A stretch of DNA of 64,000 nt from an uncultured Bacteroidota bacterium. Its GTDB lineage: Bacteria > Bacteroidota > Bacteroidia > Flavobacteriales_F > PHOS-HE28. The notes beneath the pieces are model-generated. The model was given only the letters and a program-made list of their open reading frames with translations. It made no database searches and was not told where the DNA came from. The number at the start of each line of letters is the position of its first letter. Position 1 is the stretch's first letter. This document shows positions 8,973-16,758 of the stretch, in pieces. Made by a program: the position numbers and the translations under genes. The stretch is taken from assembly GCA_902825795.1 (NCBI GenBank), contig CADECG010000001.1, positions 1,476-65,475 on the forward strand. The letters are read 5' to 3'.

Positions 8973-10772
8973 ATGAGACATGCTCTACCCTTCAGTTTGT
9001 TCGCGCTACTGCCAGCAGCAATGAGCGCACAGAACTTCTACGAACTCGATGTCAACAATGTCCGCGCGCGGTTCTACTCGCACGGGCTCATCGGCATGGA
9101 CCTCGCCAGCAATACACCTGAATTCGAAGTGCCCAACGGCGGAGGTGCGCATCCGTTGTTCTCCGCGGGCTTATGGATCGGCGGCATGGACTCCGGCAAC
9201 TCGTTGCGGTTGGCGGCCATGTGCTACGAGCCGCTCGGCTCCAGTGATTGGTTCCCCGGGCCATTGACCAACGATGGCACTGCAAGTACAACCCCTGCGG
9301 TGCAAGCAGCATACGACCAAGTGTGGCCGTTGGACAACAGCGAAGTGGCCACGCAACAAGCCTATTGCAATTGCCTCAGCGATCCCAACTGTGACCCAGC
9401 GGTGGACTTCCCGGGATACCAGATGCCATTGTGGTTCAATACATGGCCAGCGATCGGTGATGTCGGTTCGGGCTTCGACCTGTACCAAGCACCCTTTACC
9501 GACTACAACAGCGACGGCGACTACAACCCTGCCGACTGCGATGCACCGTGCGGCCCAGGTGATGGTTCATTGTACTTCATCTTCAACGACAAAGGCGGTG
9601 CACACCAGAATTCACAAGGAGTTCCCATCGGCATTGAAGTGCAGGCAACACCGTTCGCGTATGATGGTCCGAATGCTGCGTTGGCCAATACAGTATTCGT
9701 GCAGTACCGCATCATCAACCAAGGCACATTGACGTTGGCCAACACATACATCGGCCTTTTCACCGACTTCGATCTCGGATGTTCAGCGGACGACTACGTG
9801 GGGTGCGACGTGGGCCGGAGCCTCTGGTACGCGTACAACGGTGCCGCAGACGATGCGGGTGCGGCATGTATGGGTGGAGCGCAGGGTTATGGCACGGCAC
9901 CCCCGGCTTTCGGTGCCACCATTCTTTGCGGGGCCTTCGCTGACTACGACAACTCGGATTGGGTTGCCCAGGACTCGGCGGTGGCGGCCATGAACGGATA
10001 CGGCACCGGCGATGGAGTTCCGGACAACGAACAGCTCGGCCTCTCCTACTTCACGCATTACGACAACGCTGGCGGCGGAGCAGGGAACCCGGTGCTCGCG
10101 AACCAGTACTACAATGTGCTGCACGGGATCGCAGCCGATGGCACACCCCTTACCTACGGAGGCACAGGCTACTCCGGCACCTTGCCCACGCGCTTCGCCT
10201 TTCCGAACGACACTGACCCTTCGGGCTATGGCACGGGCGGACTACCGCAAGCACCATGGACCGAAGTATCAGCCAGTAACATCCCCGCCGATCGCCGCGG
10301 CGTGGGCAGCATGGGTCCCTTCACACTGGAGCCCGGCCAGATCAACCGCATCATGGTGGCCTTCACCTATGCGCGCTCCAATGCCGGGGGACCCATGAAC
10401 AGCGTTGCCGAACTGCAAGCGCGTGTAGACAGCATCCGTTCATTCGCTGATGCGCAGGGCTTCTGCGGTGGCTTTCGCGAGGATGTACCCTGCTTCAACC
10501 AGCTTGTTGGGATCAATGATCCGCTGAGTGTCGATGCCACGATCACTGTGCATCCCGTGCCGACATCGGGTGTGTTGAACATCACGTTACCGGCGTCGTT
10601 GCAACGCGCGTCATTGCGCATCGTGGATACGATCGGCCGCACGGTGCAGGTTGAGAACAAGTCGAACAGCGCTACGCGCATCCTCGACTTGTCGCACTTG
10701 GCCAACGGGCATTACACGGTGATCGCGGAGCACGAAGGCTTGCGCCGCTATGCACGCTTCGCGAAGGAGTAG
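8973..10772 (+). CDS. Secreted protein of unknown function with a T9SS type A C-terminal sorting domain; short paralog of 4328..8419
   Basis: Start moved to ATG 8973 (MRHALPFSLFALLPAAMSAQ, a signal peptide). It has the shared N-terminal module described for 4328..8419. The C-terminus reads ..ITVHPVPTSGVLNITLP..ASLRIVDTIGRTVQVE..LDLSHLANGHYTVIAEH... Confidence 0.9.
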   Translation: MRHALPFSLFALLPAAMSAQNFYELDVNNVRARFYSHGLIGMDLASNTPEFEVPNGGGAHPLFSAGLWIGGMDSGNSLRLAAMCYEPLGSSDWFPGPLTNDGTASTTPAVQAAYDQVWPLDNSEVATQQAYCNCLSDPNCDPAVDFPGYQMPLWFNTWPAIGDVGSGFDLYQAPFTDYNSDGDYNPADCDAPCGPGDGSLYFIFNDKGGAHQNSQGVPIGIEVQATPFAYDGPNAALANTVFVQYRIINQGTLTLANTYIGLFTDFDLGCSADDYVGCDVGRSLWYAYNGAADDAGAACMGGAQGYGTAPPAFGATILCGAFADYDNSDWVAQDSAVAAMNGYGTGDGVPDNEQLGLSYFTHYDNAGGGAGNPVLANQYYNVLHGIAADGTPLTYGGTGYSGTLPTRFAFPNDTDPSGYGTGGLPQAPWTEVSASNIPADRRGVGSMGPFTLEPGQINRIMVAFTYARSNAGGPMNSVAELQARVDSIRSFADAQGFCGGFREDVPCFNQLVGINDPLSVDATITVHPVPTSGVLNITLPASLQRASLRIVDTIGRTVQVENKSNSATRILDLSHLANGHYTVIAEHEGLRRYARFAKE

Positions 10773-10798
10773 GCTTTTGTTGTTTGGTGGTAAGTGCA

Positions 10799-10826
10799 GG
10801 AAGCCCCTCGAGTTCGAGGGGCTTCC
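10799..10826. terminator. Palindromic hairpin between convergent genes (possible bidirectional terminator)
   Basis: GGAAGCCCCTCGA-gt-TCGAGGGGCTTCC, with 13-nt perfect arms. There is no clear U-tract on either side. Confidence 0.5.
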
Positions 10827-10840
10827 TGCTATCCGTAAAC

Positions 10841-11170
10841 CTAGGCGGCCTTGGGCTGAGAGCGCATTGGTGGTAACAAGAACCACAACGCACAGACCGA
10901 AAGGCCTACCAGCAGCAGCATGTTCGCTCCGGGCCAGTGCATCGCCTTGAACAAACCACCGGTGACCACCGCGATCACTGAGCCGACCAGTATGGCCGGC
11001 CGTTGCAGCTCTACTGACAAAGGCCCAGGCTTGCGGAATAGCAGGAGCGCCAAGGTGGCGATGACCACTACGCTGCTTGCCACAACGATTTCGCCTGCGC
11101 CGGGCCAGTGCAGGGTCTTGAACAGGATGCCAATGATGAGGCCGGCGATACCGATGGAGCGGATGTACAT
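10841..11170 (-). CDS. Small 4-TM membrane protein with a duplicated FK..HWPGA motif (GldL N-terminal-like)
   Basis: Trimmed to ATG 11170 (MYIRSIGIAGLIIGILFKTLHWPGAGE...GGLFKAMHWPGANMLLLVGL..). It consists of two homologous TM-hairpin halves. Confidence 0.75.
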   Translation of the reverse strand: MYIRSIGIAGLIIGILFKTLHWPGAGEIVVASSVVVIATLALLLFRKPGPLSVELQRPAILVGSVIAVVTGGLFKAMHWPGANMLLLVGLSVCALWFLLPPMRSQPKAA

Positions 11171-11256
11171 GGTGGTGGCGTTTGGAAGCTGAATGCGGCG
11201 GGCCCAGTTCCGTAACACTCCCACATGATCCAAGTGACCGCACGAAGGCTGGTCCT

Positions 11257-11709
11257 TTAGCTACCCCGAAGTATCTCCAACCGGAAGATCAGATCGTCGA
11301 AGTCCTCGTCCGGATACCCATCGTTGCAACGATATCTGCGACCGTTAGGCACTTCTTGAACAACCATGGCACCGCCATTATGCCAATAGTGGACGGTTCC
11401 ATTGCCCACATCCCAAGCGTTGTATACTTCGATCCGGTCGTCTCCTTCGACCAACAGGATCTCAATGGATGTCGGTGCGGTATCATGCCAGAAAATCAGA
11501 TGATCACTGAACGGTCGTCCGTCCACGATCACCTTCCCAGCATAGTTCATCCGCACGGCCTGACGCCAGTCGCTCTTGATCGATTCGAAGGTCAACCGCA
11601 GCCGATCTCCAGGACCAACCCTCACCGAATCGATCCGATGGATCGTCCGGCCATCTAATTCGGCGGTACGACCTCTACTGGCCTGGAACAGCGCATCAAT
11701 GCGAGACAT
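11257..11709 (-). CDS. Hypothetical protein (150 aa)
   Basis: Complete ORF starting 3 nt after the pepP stop on the same strand. No motif I recognise. GC looks somewhat lower than in its neighbours. Confidence 0.7.
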   Translation of the reverse strand: MSRIDALFQASRGRTAELDGRTIHRIDSVRVGPGDRLRLTFESIKSDWRQAVRMNYAGKVIVDGRPFSDHLIFWHDTAPTSIEILLVEGDDRIEVYNAWDVGNGTVHYWHNGGAMVVQEVPNGRRYRCNDGYPDEDFDDLIFRLEILRGS

Positions 11710-11711
11710 GT

Positions 11712-13022
11712 CTACGCCATCACCTTCTTCCCGACCCGGTTCATCATCTCCTCCACCGCATCCGCTTCAACAGGGATGTCCGCGAACAGATCGATTGGGT
11801 TGTCGCGCGTGGTGAGGATGTTGTTCTCCAGGCGGATGCCCAGCTTCTCCTCGCGGATGTAGATGCCCGGCTCCACAGTGAAGACCATATCCGGATGGAT
11901 CATCTCGTTCCACAGGCCCACGTCGTGCACGTCGAGGCCCAGGAAGTGGCTCGTGCCGTGCATGAAGTACTTCTTGTACAGCGGCTTTTCGGGATCCTGC
12001 TTCGCCACATCGTTCTTGTCGATGAGGCCGAGGCCGATCAATTCGCCCTCCATGATCTTGCCCACCTGCTTGTGGTAGTCGGCGAGCAGGGTACCGGGGC
12101 GCAGCAGTTGCGTGGCCTCGTTCTTCACGCGTAGCACCGCGTTGTACACGTCGCGTTGGCGCTTCGTAAAGCGGCCGTTCACGGGCACGCACCGCGTGAG
12201 GTCGCTCGCATAGCCGCCATACTCGCAGCCGAAGTCCATCAGGATAACATCGCCGTCGTTGCACACCTGGTCGTTGGTGATGTAGTGCAGCACGCACGCG
12301 TTGTAGCCGCTGGCGATGATCGGCGTGTAGGCGTGCCCGCGCGAGCCGTTGCGAATGAACTCGTGCGAGATCTCCGCTTCAATTTCATACTCCTTCACAC
12401 CGGGCTTCACGAAACCGCATATGCGCTCGAACGCCTTGCCCGTGATCGCGATCGCTCGTTGGATCTGCTCCACTTCCTCCTTCGTCTTGCGACTGCGGAT
12501 GCGGTGCATGATCGGTGCGCTGCGCTTTACGCTGTGCAATGGGAATTGCGCACACGTCTCTTTGTTCTTGCGTGCCTCGCGCGTCTCCACCTCGTTGCCT
12601 TGGCGCAGGTGCTCGTTGCTGTTCAGGTAGAGGTGCTCGCACTGCGGCACCAGTCGCTTGATCGTCGCTTCGTAGCTCGTCGTCCACAGCACGGTGGCGA
12701 TGCCGCTCAGCTCCGTCGCTTCTTTCTGCGAAAATTTGGCGCCCTCCCAGATCGCGAGCAGCTCGCTCGTCTCGCGCACGAAGAGGATCTCGCGGTCCTT
12801 CGCGTCCACCGCATCGGGGAAGAGCAGCAGCACCGTCTCCTCCTGGTCGATACCGCTGAGGTAGAAGATGTCGCTGGCCTGCTTGAAGGGCATCGAGCCA
12901 TCGGCGCTCGTGGGCATGATGTCGTTGCTGTGGAAGATGGCGAGGCCGCCTTTCTCCATGGCTTGGCGGAAACGGGCGCGGTGCTCGCGGTATGTGGCGG
13001 CGGAAAGGGGCTGGTAACGCAT
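11712..13022 (-). CDS. pepP: Xaa-Pro aminopeptidase (M24B family)
   Basis: 436 aa. The N-terminal creatinase-like part reads ..FYLSGIDQEE... The M24 metal-ligand blocks are ILMDFGCEYGGYASD, HGTSHFLGLDVHD and EPGIYI...GIRLEN. Confidence 0.9.
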   Translation of the reverse strand: MRYQPLSAATYREHRARFRQAMEKGGLAIFHSNDIMPTSADGSMPFKQASDIFYLSGIDQEETVLLLFPDAVDAKDREILFVRETSELLAIWEGAKFSQKEATELSGIATVLWTTSYEATIKRLVPQCEHLYLNSNEHLRQGNEVETREARKNKETCAQFPLHSVKRSAPIMHRIRSRKTKEEVEQIQRAIAITGKAFERICGFVKPGVKEYEIEAEISHEFIRNGSRGHAYTPIIASGYNACVLHYITNDQVCNDGDVILMDFGCEYGGYASDLTRCVPVNGRFTKRQRDVYNAVLRVKNEATQLLRPGTLLADYHKQVGKIMEGELIGLGLIDKNDVAKQDPEKPLYKKYFMHGTSHFLGLDVHDVGLWNEMIHPDMVFTVEPGIYIREEKLGIRLENNILTTRDNPIDLFADIPVEADAVEEMMNRVGKKVMA

Positions 13023-13027
13023 CTTGG

Positions 13028-13060
13028 GAAAGTTGAAAGGCGAAAGTAGAAAGCTGAAAG
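13028..13060. repeat. Five heptad-phased GAAAG words, (GAAAGNN)x5; this reads (CTTTCNN)x5 on the pepP sense strand just upstream of its ATG
   Basis: GAAAG occurs at 13028, 13035, 13042, 13049 and 13056: gGAAAGttGAAAGgcGAAAGtaGAAAGctGAAAGgg. Confidence 0.9.
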
Positions 13061-13176
13061 GGTGCGGGGGTGAGAAAGTGATGGTTTGGGCGTGCCGGCG
13101 CCAAATGCGCGCCGTCGGGCTATCCGCAGTAGTCCTCGCTTCGCTGCGGGCTACTTGCTTCTATCCCTCACGCGAC

Positions 13177-13773
13177 CTACCACCCGAGATCCTCGACCAG
13201 CCCGATGCGATAAATGCAATCGCGGGCGAGCAGCGTGTCCTTATCCAACACGTAGGTGATCGTCTTCAGCCGGTCCTCATTCCGCCTGGGGTCCCAGATG
13301 AGCTCGTGCATCGCTTCCAAGGTCTCAGTCAGATCATCTTGTCGGATGCCGATTACCACGCGCCCTTCCTCACAGATCTCGAAGGATCGGATCCGGGTCG
13401 TGGAGAATTGATGGAAGAGCTGATGGAGCTGCTCACGAAGGAAGACCGGCGCGGTATTGAGGTCGTACTGGTCGTTGTGTTCGAAGAACGCATAGCACTC
13501 CTCCGGCGTCGTATACGTCGTGTCCCGCTTGCCATCGCGACTGCCGTTCACGAACGTGACGAAGTGCCGAGCATCGCGGGCTGCGATGAGCGTGTCGATA
13601 TGTGTATGCACGAACTCAAAAAGTGTCCGGTAGCGCGGCAGGTCAGCGATCACCCCTTGGTCGAACGGCACGGTACCCAAAGCAGCAGAAAGCTCTTCGG
13701 GGCTGGCGGCCGGGGGCGCGCAGCTCAAGCAGAACATGAGGATCCCGACAACTGATCCGAGTAGCGCTCTCAT
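13177..13773 (-). CDS. Hypothetical lipoprotein
   Basis: ATG at 13773 gives MRALLGSVVGILMFCLSCAPPAAS.., a signal peptide with a lipobox-like LSC. The rest has no recognised motif. Confidence 0.75.
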   Translation of the reverse strand: MRALLGSVVGILMFCLSCAPPAASPEELSAALGTVPFDQGVIADLPRYRTLFEFVHTHIDTLIAARDARHFVTFVNGSRDGKRDTTYTTPEECYAFFEHNDQYDLNTAPVFLREQLHQLFHQFSTTRIRSFEICEEGRVVIGIRQDDLTETLEAMHELIWDPRRNEDRLKTITYVLDKDTLLARDCIYRIGLVEDLGW

Positions 13774-13802
13774 GTTGCACAAGCTAGCATTAGCTTGCCT
13801 TC

Positions 13803-13910
13803 ATGGCCGCCAAACCCATCAAGGCCAAAGCAACCGCCGCCAGTGTCGATGCCTTCATGGACAAGCAGCCGAAGGAGGAAGTGCGCGATCACCGCCTCGC
13901 TGATAGGTAG
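13803..13910 (+). pseudogene. Truncated 5' fragment of a DUF1801/YdhG-like gene (diverged copy of the start of 14893..15318)
   Basis: MAAKPIKAKATAASVDAFMDKQPKEEVRDHRLADR* compared with MPSKPNKTHATAASVDAFIDKQAKEEVRDDCRTLMK... The DNA is roughly 80-85% identical by eye over ~105 nt and is stopped by a TAG at 13908. Confidence 0.7.
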
Positions 13911-13952
13911 TTGCGCAAGCTGATCGTTCGGGGGTGTTCACCATCTTGCCGC

Positions 13953-14882
13953 ATGCTCACCGATAAGCGCGTCCGTTCCCTTCTGCTCCTCACATTCGGT
14001 TCCACGTGGTTGCTGGCGGGTATCGCGGCAGCCTTCGGTGTGCGCGCCTCCTCCGGCATCACGTATATGGTCACCGCCGCGGCGTGCATGTTGATGCCGG
14101 CCTTGTCGGCCATTGTGCAGCAGCGCTTGATCGAGCGGCGGCCGTGGGGCGAACTGGGGCTTTCGTTCAAGGGGATGAACTGGCGCATGCTGGGCTTCAC
14201 GGCCCTGGTCGGCATGGCGATCATTCCCACGATGCTGCTGGTCATCCACCTGCTGGCCGACCTTTTCGGGATGACAGCATTCGGCCAGGTGAGCATCACC
14301 AGTGAGCGGTTGCTTCTCCAGCTCCAGGCACTCATGGAAGCGGCCGGCAGAACATTGCCACAAGGGACGATCGACAAACTGGCCTCGGTACCGGGGTGGC
14401 TCGTGCTTGTGGGTGGACTGATCTCCTCGGTGTTCGCGGCGTGTACCGTGAACCTGCTCTTCATGTTAGGAGAAGAGCTGGGTTGGCGCGGCTACCTCTA
14501 CCATGCTACCGGCAACTGGTCAACCATGCGCCGCGTGCTCTTCACCGGCGTGGTGTGGGGGCTATGGCATGCGCCGCTCATCCTCATGGGCCATAACTAC
14601 CCGGATCATCCGGTCGCTGGCGTCTTTCTGATGGTCGTCTTCTGCGTTCTGCTCGCCTACCTGTTCGATTGGACGCGCACGCGCGTGCAAGCGGTTTGGG
14701 GGCCCTGCTTGCTACATGGCATAATCAACGGCAGCGCCGGCCTGTTCGCTCTGTTCGCATGGGGAGGCCATCCCCTTGTGAGTTCACCGACCGGTGTGGC
14801 CGGCTTCATCGCGCTCGTTATGCTATGCGCCGTCGTCTTCATACTCGATCGCCGAGCGGGGTCCGCGAACGTCCTTCCTTAA
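13953..14882 (+). CDS. CPBP-family intramembrane glutamic endopeptidase (CAAX protease-like)
   Basis: Multi-TM protein with GEELGWRGYLY (EExxxR), VVWGLWHAP (FxxxH-type) and LLHGIINGS (HxxxN). I prefer the ATG at 13953 over the TTG at 13911. Confidence 0.85.
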   Translation: MLTDKRVRSLLLLTFGSTWLLAGIAAAFGVRASSGITYMVTAAACMLMPALSAIVQQRLIERRPWGELGLSFKGMNWRMLGFTALVGMAIIPTMLLVIHLLADLFGMTAFGQVSITSERLLLQLQALMEAAGRTLPQGTIDKLASVPGWLVLVGGLISSVFAACTVNLLFMLGEELGWRGYLYHATGNWSTMRRVLFTGVVWGLWHAPLILMGHNYPDHPVAGVFLMVVFCVLLAYLFDWTRTRVQAVWGPCLLHGIINGSAGLFALFAWGGHPLVSSPTGVAGFIALVMLCAVVFILDRRAGSANVLP

Positions 14883-14892
14883 GTCCCTTCCC

Positions 14893-15318
14893 ATGCCCTC
14901 CAAACCCAACAAGACCCACGCCACCGCCGCCAGCGTGGATGCCTTCATCGACAAGCAGGCGAAGGAGGAAGTGCGCGACGATTGCCGCACGCTGATGAAG
15001 TTGATGCACGAGCTCACCGGCACTGAGCCGTACATGTACGGGCCAACGATAGTGGGCTACGGCAACTACCACTACAAATACGCCAGCGGCCACGAGGGCG
15101 ATGCGCCTTTGCTGGCCTTCAGCCCGCGCAAGCCGGAGCTGGTGATCTACTTATACCAGGAAGTGGTAGGGCCGGAGCTGATGGCCAAGCTGGGCAAGCA
15201 CAAAGCCACCAAGGGCTGCGTGTACATAAAGCGGCTGGCGGACATTGACCTGAAGGTGCTGAAGACCTTGTTCCAGAAGTCGATCGTGGCGGTGAAGAAG
15301 GCGTATCCGAAAGGCTGA
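14893..15318 (+). CDS. DUF1801 (YdhG-like) domain protein
   Basis: ATG 14893: MPSKPNKTHATAASVDAFIDKQAKEEVRDDCRTLMKLMHELTG..GYGNYHYKYASGHEGD..FSPRK..LVIYL. Confidence 0.8.
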   Translation: MPSKPNKTHATAASVDAFIDKQAKEEVRDDCRTLMKLMHELTGTEPYMYGPTIVGYGNYHYKYASGHEGDAPLLAFSPRKPELVIYLYQEVVGPELMAKLGKHKATKGCVYIKRLADIDLKVLKTLFQKSIVAVKKAYPKG

Positions 15319-15377
15319 CGGAAGGGACGAGCACCGTGATCCCGCGCGCTGCTCACCTGGTCCCACGGAAGGCTGAT

Positions 15378-16493
15378 TCAGTGCAGCACTGCGATGGTGC
15401 GGCTCACACCGCCCATATCCAGTAGGTAGAGGCCAGCGGACCATGCGCCAACATCGATGCTGCGCAAGCCTGTGGCGCGGCCTTCCTGGTGCATATGCCG
15501 ACCAGTCGCATCGAACACCGTCAACGTAGTGGCAACCGATCCGGTGTTCACGTACACCACATCAGTGGCCGGTTGCGGATAAACCTCGACAAGAGAGGCC
15601 GGGCGCTCCGGTGTGCTGGTGCTGCCCGATGCGGCAGAAGGATAGCCGGGCCGCAGCACCGGGGCAAAATCGGTGTACGAGCAGCCGAACCAGAAGCCGT
15701 TGAACATGAACGGATCGATTCCAGGACTGATGTACATACCGCCGAAACTGAAGCCTTCCCAATAGCTCCAATCATAGGGGTTCATTGCCACGCCGATGTG
15801 CCCATTGTACGTGATGGCGCTCACCCAACCGCCGGAGAAGGTCGCGTCCAACAGCGGGTCGGCGGCGGCGATATCGGTGAGCATGATGGAGCCGTACGTG
15901 CTGGTGGTGAAGAGGTAGCCCCAAGCGTATGAATCGATGGCGCTGCCGTCCTGGAAGTCGATCACCATCACGGCGCTGTCCGGTCCGCTGCCCACCCACA
16001 TCTCCACATCGGCGAAGGTGAAGCGATAGGGATCGAGTGCTGGTTGCGGCTCGCCCGGCGCCACGGGCGAAATGATCGCGGTGAACGAACAGCCGAACCA
16101 TTCGCCGTTGGAGAGCGGCTCCGCAATGCCACCGTTCATGGTCATGGTGGCGATGTCCGTTCCGCTCCAAGTGAACCACTGATCGATCCCGCCGCTCGTT
16201 TCGTCGCCAGAGATGTAACTCACTTGGTTCAACGACCCGCCGGACAGGTCCAGCAGCAGGTGGTTGTCCCATGCGGCAACTTCGTTGAGCATGTCCTCGG
16301 CGGTTGCGGTGCCGTCGTGCAAGTAGCCCCACGCATAGCACGGCATGAAGGCGCCATTCTGGAAATCGATGACGAGCACCGAACTGTCAGGGCCACTTCC
16401 TGTCCAGAACTGCACATCCGCTAACCCGAACTGTGCACGAGCGGTGGTGGTGTGGAGCAGTGCGAAGAGCGCGAGGAAAGGAAGGGGTTTCAT
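15378..16493 (-). CDS. Secreted protein with two tandem ~130-aa repeats and a T9SS type A CTD
   Basis: ATG 16493 gives the signal peptide MKPLPFLALFALLHTTTARAQ. The two repeats are ..ADVQFWTGSGPDSSVLVIDFQNG..YAWGY.. and ..ADVEMWVGSGPDSAVMVIDFQDG..YAWGY... The C-terminus reads ..VEVYPQPATDVVYVN..LTVFDATGRHM..IDVGAWSAGLYLL... Confidence 0.85.
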   Translation of the reverse strand: MKPLPFLALFALLHTTTARAQFGLADVQFWTGSGPDSSVLVIDFQNGAFMPCYAWGYLHDGTATAEDMLNEVAAWDNHLLLDLSGGSLNQVSYISGDETSGGIDQWFTWSGTDIATMTMNGGIAEPLSNGEWFGCSFTAIISPVAPGEPQPALDPYRFTFADVEMWVGSGPDSAVMVIDFQDGSAIDSYAWGYLFTTSTYGSIMLTDIAAADPLLDATFSGGWVSAITYNGHIGVAMNPYDWSYWEGFSFGGMYISPGIDPFMFNGFWFGCSYTDFAPVLRPGYPSAASGSTSTPERPASLVEVYPQPATDVVYVNTGSVATTLTVFDATGRHMHQEGRATGLRSIDVGAWSAGLYLLDMGGVSRTIAVLH

Positions 16494-16758
16494 TCGGTAA
16501 AAGGCAGTGTTGGACCGATGACAGGGGCGCGGCCAGCTTGCTGAGTCCACTTATCCACGCGGGCGGCAGGGTGCGAAGGTACTTGTAGTTGGTGCCCAAT
16601 TCCTGTTCGGAATGGTGGGGCCATGCAGCGGTCGGCCGCCCGCTTATCCGGAACAATTCCGAACAAGCCCGCGTTGGCTTCTTGCTTCCGCGCCAAAGGC
16701 CCCGCCCGTAAGTTTACGGCCGAATAGCAGCGCGGCTCGCGCGCACCAACGCATCAGC

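Noticed and set aside
16551-16559. DnaA-box-like TTATCCACG here, with a second copy at 60922..60930; together with the GATC cluster at 43631-43718 this might hint at a replication origin.
   Set aside because: These are two isolated 8/9 matches 44 kb apart. There is no cluster of boxes, no AT-rich unwinding element, and no dnaA/dnaN nearby. The GATC cluster has no DnaA boxes.
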